64,000 nt of DNA, taken from the human T2T-CHM13v2.0 reference genome, Homo sapiens. A program made the position numbers and the translations under genes. Where the stretch lies: the NCBI RefSeq assembly GCF_009914755.1, contig NC_060931.1; one strand, 5' to 3'. Every line of letters begins with the position of its first letter. Positions within the stretch are counted from its first letter, which is position 1. The notes below the pieces were generated by a model. That model saw only the letters and a list, made by a program, of their open reading frames with translations, had not been told where the DNA came from and did not search any database. Shown in pieces: positions 50,833 to 64,000 of the stretch.

Positions 50833-51437
50833 CTGTGAGGGAAGACACAGACAAACCATGGTGGCTTGAAAAGCAGACTCCACGTGCCTCTGCCAACCGT
50901 ACGCGAAGATCTGAATCTCCGTGACCTCACAAATCACTCCCAGAGACAACAAAGAGACACAACTCTCTCTGCCTCTTTCAACTCTGATTTGTAACGTCTG
51001 CCTCTTGCTAATGCTCAAGCTAACAAGACTTCTAAAAGCTAAAGAAAAGCTCTACTCCTGTCTCAGCAGCATCTTAAGGGAATATACCAAACCTACTAAT
51101 TACCATCTTTCCGCTTTTGAAACCTGTTCCCTTTTTATTGTTTTATTGGCTATAATGCTGTGCCTCTGGAGCCTCCCCCAAACAAAGCATATACACTCCC
51201 AAGCAAGCTTTTAAGCAAATTAACAAAGCAAAAGAGATGCCAGTTTCCTCCCAAGACAAATAAAACTATGTGATGACAGGTTTCCCAGGCATTCACAGGA
51301 CAATGCAAAGGTGGCATATCGGGCCTTGAAGCTGGTCTCCAGGCTCTCCCCAGCACTGGTCACTGACTCCAAACAAATGCCTTATTCCAACCAGATTAGG
51401 GGAGCAAAGGAATTAGTAATTGCAAAAGAATACTCAC

Positions 51438-51539
51438 GACTATACCCGATGAGGGACCCAACTGCCAGAAGCAGACTCAGGGCAAGAACCGGCGCTCTCT
51501 TCTGTAGTACATCAGAGATGAAGCCTTGCAAAGTTCCAC
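51438..51539 (-). CDS. SLC37A3: SLC37A3 coding exon (102 nt): GTLQGFISDVLQKRAPVLALSLLLAVGSLIGYS(R)
   Basis: ctctgcttgaag|GTG ... AGTC|gtgagt; GFISDVLQKR resembles MFS motif A; phase 1-1. Confidence 0.95.
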
Positions 51540-51666
51540 CTTCAAGCAGAGTGTCGAGCAATCAAAATCACTTCTAATTTAGCTCGCTCACCTGAGGCGT
51601 GCTCCCCATTTGCCCTCTAGTCTCACTAGCAGCAGCCTGACACTAGTCTATCAAAAAATATGGCTG

Positions 51667-52842
<1,176 letters not shown>

Positions 52843-53446
52843 GTGGCTAGTAAATATTCACTAAAATAAAATTTAGCAGTTATGGTTTGCTAATAGGACA
52901 CAATCTTTAAAAAGCAGGGATATGAATCTTTCAAGCAACAATGTCACATACAGCACCATTCTGAGTTGTAGGGGCTATTGGACATCTGGTGTGTCCTTAT
53001 CAGATAGCAGGCAGCTGGACAATTTCAACTTCAGAGGATACAGAATATGGTGAGGTCTAACGGTGGCAACCTCACCTTTGGCTCTGGATTTAAGAATACG
53101 GGCAGCCAAGTTCAAATACAGTAATAGCAGATTGCCTAGCACAGACTGTGTGCTTTCACAAGCTCACGGCAGTTGAGTCTCACCACAATTCTAAATGTTA
53201 ACATTATTGAAGGTTATTAAGATCTGGCACAGCCATGTAAGTAATACCCACTAAAATACATTCTGCTCCTCTGCCTTACTTCCTTGTTCATACTTATTAC
53301 CTCCTTGTTGATACTTCTAGCTACAGCAAAAAAAAAAAAAACCACTATTAAAATCTTTGTTTATAATGAAACAACTGTAAAACATTCACAAAAATTAATC
53401 CCTGCTGTTACGTCTACCTCTATGATCTGACGACCTACACACTAAG

Positions 53447-53741
53447 GTGTATTTCCCCTTTATCCTCAGCAGATATGTTCCATGACCCCCGTGGATACCT
53501 GAAACCACAGACAGTACCAAACTCTATATATACTATGTTTTTTTCTATACATACATACCCACGATCAAGTTTAATTTATAAGTTGGGCACAGAAATTAAC
53601 AATAACGACAAAATAGAAAATAATAACAATATACTGTAACATAAGTTATATGAATGGTCTCTCTGAAAATATCTTATTGTACGGTATTAAGAGTAACTGA
53701 AACTTCGAAAAGTGAAACCACAGATAAGTGGGGGACTGGTG
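53447..53741 (-). mobile_element. MER44A-like (Tigger7) MITE
   Basis: Minus strand CAGTCCCCCACTTATCTGTGGTTTCACTTTTCGAAGTTTCAGTTAC..; the other TIR is ttcccctttatcctcag. Confidence 0.85.
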
Positions 53742-54009
53742 TATTCTTCCTTATTAGGCTGGGGAAGGTGGGGAAGGTGGGAGGTAGATACAATGAACAC
53801 GTTCATATTCTAACTTGGATCTCTGACATACAATTAGCTTTAGAGCTAAGATATCACTGAGAAAGCCGTATGAAAGGATTGCATTTAAAGAGATTCCCAT
53901 GTGCTTCCCGAGACAAAAGAACTGATCCATCAACAAAGGACTAAGAAAAAAGAGTCCAATAAATCACAGCGCTGCCTTAGGCTAGGTCTTCCTTTCTATG
54001 GACCTCTTG

Positions 54010-54047
<38 letters not shown>

Positions 54048-54194
54048 GAGTTTGGCTGTTTACTAGTAGGACAGTTTAGGGAAAATGGCTGTAGAATAAG
54101 TAATAAAACTTTAAATGAGGCCAGATTTCACAACCCAGTAAAAGATCACTAGTGACTAACTCTTTATTATGGAAAAGATGTATCACCGGCATAC

Positions 54195-54336
54195 CTATGA
54201 TCCCTCCAACGTCGTACCAAATGGACAGCTTGTCGGCTTCCGCCTCCTTCCAGCCGAAGTTGTTACTCAGATAAAAGGGGAGCCAGAAGAAGAAGGAGTA
54301 ATTCACTAACTTCAAGCAGGCGTAGGCCAGTGAGTA
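54195..54336 (-). CDS. SLC37A3: SLC37A3 coding exon (142 nt): YSLAYACLKLVNYSFFFWLPFYLSNNFGWKEAEADKLSIWYDVGGII(G)
   Basis: gcttttcttgtag|TAC ... ATAG|gtatgc; ORF 54076..54315(-); the WLP-x-YL motif is typical of OPA-family MFS proteins. Confidence 0.96.
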
Positions 54337-56052
54337 CTACAAGAAAAGCATTCAACTATCAGCGAGGGACAAATAGCACAGCACGACTACCATTTTTAAT
54401 GTCATTTAAAAGCAAAACAAAATAAAGGAAGTTAGGATGAACAGAACCTGATTTTACAGTTAAACATCTCTACAAACTCCCACATGCCTGACTTCAGCTA
54501 GTCTCCCTCTGCTCTTCATCCCTGTTAACTTCTAGACAGGCATGTACAGCAGGCCTTTGGAATAAAAAACACCTATGGCTACTTCTTAGCTGTGTCCAGT
54601 TTCTCCTCCTATCAGTTCTCTGGTAGAAGCAAGCCAGTGTTTTGAACCTATAAGGCAGAGCACATACCCATATTTCTTTATTCACACAAAGAGGAATGGT
54701 ATTCATGCCACTAACCAGCGTTAACCATAGGCAAAGAAGTCCAGGAAGCATCACGGCCTTTACTGGGAGCAGCCAAACGGGGTTGGTTATTCTACTCCTT
54801 GCCAAGGCAACACTGTGAACAATGGACAGCAAAGGGACTACACTACAGTTCCACGGTCTAAGAAAAGCAGCAGCATGATAATTCCTTTCACACTAGTTTT
54901 CAAAAGCTCCACATTCCCTGGTCTGGTGGCAAAGAAGAGAGTCTCTCTGGCGAGTCAAAAATGAAAGAACATGTCATCATCGGCCTCGTGGCTCTCCCTT
55001 GAGGGGAAAAAAATGCTGCAGCTGCATGAAGATGGTGGTGGGGCTGAGACTCCTATATTCAACACATTACTACCAGGAAATCCTGACATTCAGCATCAAA
55101 GGAAAAAGGGGGGGGGGACAGAGGGGCTGACTTCAAAGGGTGTCTGGCTAGTATATTCTTTTCCCTGGAGCTGCCAGTTATTCCCTAGGTATCACTTGTT
55201 TTAAAACAGCTTCCCTGGCAGGCAACAGCCACCCCCTAGAGAGCCAAATCCCAATCACGAGTGCATTCTGACCAGACAGCCTGCTACAAAGACAAAGGAA
55301 TTAAGTTAACTAGATTTCCTTTACATCCCTGCCCATGTCAGAGAACAATAGCTTGTGAAGAACAAAGGAACAGCAAAAGAGGTCCATATTTAGTCACGAC
55401 AAAGTTCTTTCTCAAAAATTAAACTATTACCAGCAGAGTACTTTAAAAACCAGTTAAAAGATAATAATCAATAGCATAAGAACAGGTCTAAAGCAACCTG
55501 CATTTCTCTTATATCATATATCATCACTGGGTTAAAGAATTGTGGAAAATTACATTTTAATTCATACTTAACTTTGTTGGAAATGTTAGTTCTCTCAGCT
55601 TGGAGGCACTGACAGAAGGGGATTGACAGGCATGTATTAAGATGGCCTACAGATCACTCTACCTGAGGGATCACATTCATAAAGCACCATTGACAAATGA
55701 AATAACAACAGGTGCTTGTTCAAAACACAACAGCCCAATGTTACAGGCCCCAGGGAAGAGTGGAATAATTTCTATTCCATGGGAAGGGGAACTGAGACAC
55801 ACGGACGGGTTGCGTGACTCACCCCAGGTGTCACAGAAAGTTAGTGGGTAAGCTGGAAACATAACCTAGGCCTCTTAACTTCCACTCCAGTGCTAGAGTG
55901 CCCGAAACATCAAGACAGAAAAACTGCAGCAGAAGGGATTTAGTGTAGACGTTAGAAGGCTTTCCTGACTGCACAGGCTGTGGAAAACACTGGAATGCAT
56001 TACCAAGAAAGACTGTGGAGTGCTCTCTTCTGGACCCTTTAAAAGGGGGCAA

Positions 56053-56421
<369 letters not shown>

Positions 56422-56494
56422 CTATAATACTTCGAAAGGCCCAAAAGCACACATTAAAAATTATCAATTTTGCCTTTTTAATCACATACCAGAT

Positions 56495-56669
56495 CAGGGT
56501 CAGGAAAGCAGAGCTCTTTGGCCAAGTCTGGCCACGTCTAACTGTCCCATGTTTTCTGTGGCTTATTTTGTTCTACAAAGCTGAGTAGTTGGGGGAGAGA
56601 CTGGATGGTTCCCCGAAGTCAAAAATATTTATTCTCTGCCTCTTCATGGAAAAGGTTTGTCAACCCCTG
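56495..56669 (+). mobile_element. MER58A-like hAT-Charlie MITE
   Basis: cagggtcaggaaa..ggccaagtctggcc..aaaatatttattctctgcctctt..aaaaggtttgtcaacccctg. Confidence 0.75.
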
Positions 56670-56841
56670 CATTAGAGATCAGATAAGCTGAGGGGCACTA
56701 GACAACATTCCTCAGCACGTATATTCCTAAAATAAAGTATCCAACAGAGGCTCAATACTTAAGGAAGCTTTATCTCAGGCAGAGGAGATGTCACGGGCTC
56801 TCATACCTCCCTGGCTGTGGTAAGATGTAAGCGGTCCTTAC

Positions 56842-57020
56842 CGGTATGACTCCAGGAAGGCAACATGCCTGGTAGAAGCTTATCGCCTTGACTTGGGCAA
56901 CAGAACTATCATCTTGGATTGAATAATTCGGCTCATATTCGTCTTCATTTTCACCACCATTAATTAATGGCCTGTGTGAGTCTTCTTCAAAGTTTTCTTC
57001 TGCCTCAATACCCGAGAGAC
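56842..57020 (-). CDS. SLC37A3: SLC37A3 coding exon (179 nt), central acidic loop: LSGIEAEENFEEDSHRPLINGGENEDEYEPNYSIQDDSSVAQVKAISFYQACCLPGVIP
   Basis: gttattttag|GTC ... CCG|gtaagg; contained in ORF 56791..57042(-). Confidence 0.96.
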
Positions 57021-57630
57021 CTAAAATAACAGCGACAGCCACTGTTTATGGAGTGCCTACCACGTGTGAAGGGCTCTGCATACATCCCTACTTATGAGGT
57101 GATGTTATTTTTATTTCCATTTTACAGAAGCAGCAACGAAGGTCCAGAGACCGAGGTCAACTAAGGTCAATTAAAGTCACACAGTCTATCTAAAAATACT
57201 CAAAAGATAGAAGAATTGTACATCTGTTTGCTTCTGTGGTTTCATTTGTATGTAATCTGTATTTAACTACAGGTTAAGTATCTTTTTTGTGCATCATTTT
57301 TATGGATGAAAAGAAATGTTTCAAGAAGTGAAATCAGAAATACATCTATGTTCATTCCTTGCCAGTGTCTCAATTATAAAAATAATTTGCAAATGCGAAG
57401 ATTTTCCTGTATCTATAAAAGACGTGCATCACTCCCCTCAAACACGTCCAGCTGTGCCAGGGGCTGGCTACAATGTCGACAGGACTCAAACGGCAGTACT
57501 GTTCTCCTTTCACTCACTAAAAGGAGCTCAGAGTTTTCCTAGGAAAAAAGAGATTCGATTTCTTGGCCTCAGATTTCCTTTCGGCCATAATAGTAAGACA
57601 TTCGGAATAGAAGGGGCGGCTTCTCCTCAC

Positions 57631-57715
57631 CAATTTCTTCTGGTGACACCAGGAGTCCAAAGAAGATAACGATCCCACCAGCAAACTGCACAGACGCCGT
57701 CACCAGAAAGGCATA
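57631..57715 (-). CDS. SLC37A3: SLC37A3 coding exon (85 nt): YAFLVTASVQFAGGIVIFFGLLVSPEEI(G)
   Basis: cctctcctccag|TAT ... ATTG|gtgagg; phase 0 to 1, in frame with neighbours; hydrophobic TM segment. Confidence 0.95.
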
Positions 57716-58689
57716 CTGGAGGAGAGGGGTGAAAGGTGGTCCTTACATATCTGGGGACAGTCATCACAAGCACATTCATTAAAGGTGTGTGGGGGAAGGT
57801 GGGGGTGGGGGAGAGGTGGGAAGGGAGACCGGGAAGCAAGGGAGCACCCAGAGCTTCTACTGGGCCGGGCGCCATGCAAAGTGTTCTACTCGTGTTTTCT
57901 CATTTAATTCTTCCTGGTGATTGTATGAGGCTCAGAGAGGAGAATGAAGCTCCCCTGGATACTAAGTGGTACTGTTATGATTGTGAAATTAGACTAGCTC
58001 CAAAAATCTAGGTCTTTGTATCACATAGCCTCTCATAAAAGACAGTATCTGCCCTCAAAGATATTACATACAGTTGAGGGGATTAAATACATGAAACAAT
58101 ATTATAAAGCACCAAGAAGCTGAATAGATGAGAAGGCCCAATCCTACTGAGAAACATATACGGGAATCCAGATGAAGGAAAGAGCTGAAGAGGTTGAAGC
58201 AGTAAGACAATGTCTTAGGGAAGAATGGAAAATCAAAGTCAATTGCCCATCTTTCCAGGCACACGGTAAGCAAAGACACAGGGTGGAAGGAGATAGAAAG
58301 CTTACTGCACGACTCAAGGAGAGGGCTTCTGCTAGGGGATAATCAGGAAGAAAACTGATTTGGAAAGGTGACAGCTAGATTAAAGACTCTCAACCCCCAG
58401 GCTGCACAGCTGAATTTTTATTTAACAGAGAATGGAACCTGATGTGGACACTGAATTTTTAAACCGATGAGTGACAAAATTAGTGTTTCCAGAAGTCAAA
58501 TCTGAGAGCAGCTCAGAAGGTGAACTGAAATTTTCATCTGAACCAACTATACAATCCAGGTGTGAGGCTAAGAAGCCTAGAATAAAGGTGGCCATGAATG
58601 AAGGGAATGAAGGACTTCTCACTGACCCTAACTACACCAAAATTCTTGGTGAGCTGTTTAAAAATGTATCTACCTTTTAAAAGAGCGAA

Positions 58690-61082
<2,393 letters not shown>

Positions 61083-61236
61083 AGAAGTTTGTCTACTTTT
61101 AATACAAGCCTTGCCCTATCCAGACACAGTTCTACATAGTTTTAAATGGCCACAGTATTATTTAATACATAAAAAGCAATACACATGTGCACACAGAGAG
61201 AGAGAGAGAGCACCAGAGCTAGAAAACAATACCTAC

Positions 61237-61333
61237 CTCATAACCATACTGAAGAACAGAAGAAGCTAGGCACGCTCCCAAAATGTTGCCCACCGAAGCA
61301 CAGGCACTCCAGAGACCAAAAACAACTCCTCGT
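61237..61333 (-). CDS. SLC37A3: SLC37A3 internal coding exon (97 nt): (G)RGVVFGLWSACASVGNILGACLASSVLQYGYE
   Basis: Minus-strand acceptor ttttccatcttag|A and donor GAG|gtaggt. Translation carries the GlpT/OPA-type R-G-x5-W signature and matches SLC37A3 as recalled. Upstream exons lie beyond the window. Confidence 0.95.
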
Positions 61334-61465
61334 CTAAGATGGAAAACAGTGGGAGACAAAGGGCCATGGTCAGAAGAGATACTCTGGGCAGTTCAAAATA
61401 CAAAACAGCCAAAACAACCAAGGTGCATACTACCAAGACTAAACATGCTATTTAAAAAGTTTTTA

Positions 61466-63703
<2,238 letters not shown>

Positions 63704-64000
63704 TCAAGCCCCAAAGTCTGGCGTTCTTCATCTGAGTCTAATTAGAGCCCTTGTTACATGACCTTGGGCAGGTCAACATGAATAACCTTTGACCTTAATT
63801 TCCTTATCTTTAATGTAAAAAGGTTAAATAAGATCACTCTCAAAAAAGGGCAGGGAAGGCAAAACCCAAAGGAAGATACATGATGGATAGTAAATGAGAT
63901 TTTTATGTTCTATAAAGAAACGATGAGTAAAATAAAAAATTGAGACCTCCTGCCTTGGCCCACACTCAGAATCTGCCCACAGCCCAAAGAGTGGTAGGAG

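Noticed and set aside
50881-50886. Isolated CACGTG E-boxes near exons (also 57061 and 33554)
   Set aside because: 6-mers at chance frequency without supporting context.

Overview
Human/primate genomic DNA, very rich in Alu and other repeats (about 60 Alu-family copies plus old L1, L2, MIR, ERVL/MaLR LTRs and DNA-transposon fossils). The only gene I can support is the 3' part of SLC37A3, an MFS/GlpT-family (OPA) transporter, on the minus strand. Nine coding exons (61237-61333 down to 40981-41073) were reconstructed by hand, all with GT-AG boundaries and one continuous frame ending ...RRQAHILRE*. A ~1.66 kb 3'UTR follows, with AATAAA at 39337-39342. Bases 1-39300 are downstream intergenic sequence; from recall this locus is human 7q34. 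Nearly all ORFs in the supplied track are Alu, L1 or microsatellite artefacts. I see no convincing new biological system. The best leads are: (i) a candidate + strand spliced transcript convergent on SLC37A3 (GC box/TATA/Inr/donor at 12.6-12.8 kb and a well-formed exon at 20768-20904); (ii) a second open frame across the last two SLC37A3 exons, giving an NMD-immune alternative C-terminus; (iii) inverted-Alu architecture and a CTCF-like site around skippable exons; (iv) a MITE and a 45-bp tandem duplication in the 3'UTR; (v) several nested or duplicated retroelement structures. Repeat family names are from visual recall of consensus sequences and repeat boundaries are approximate.
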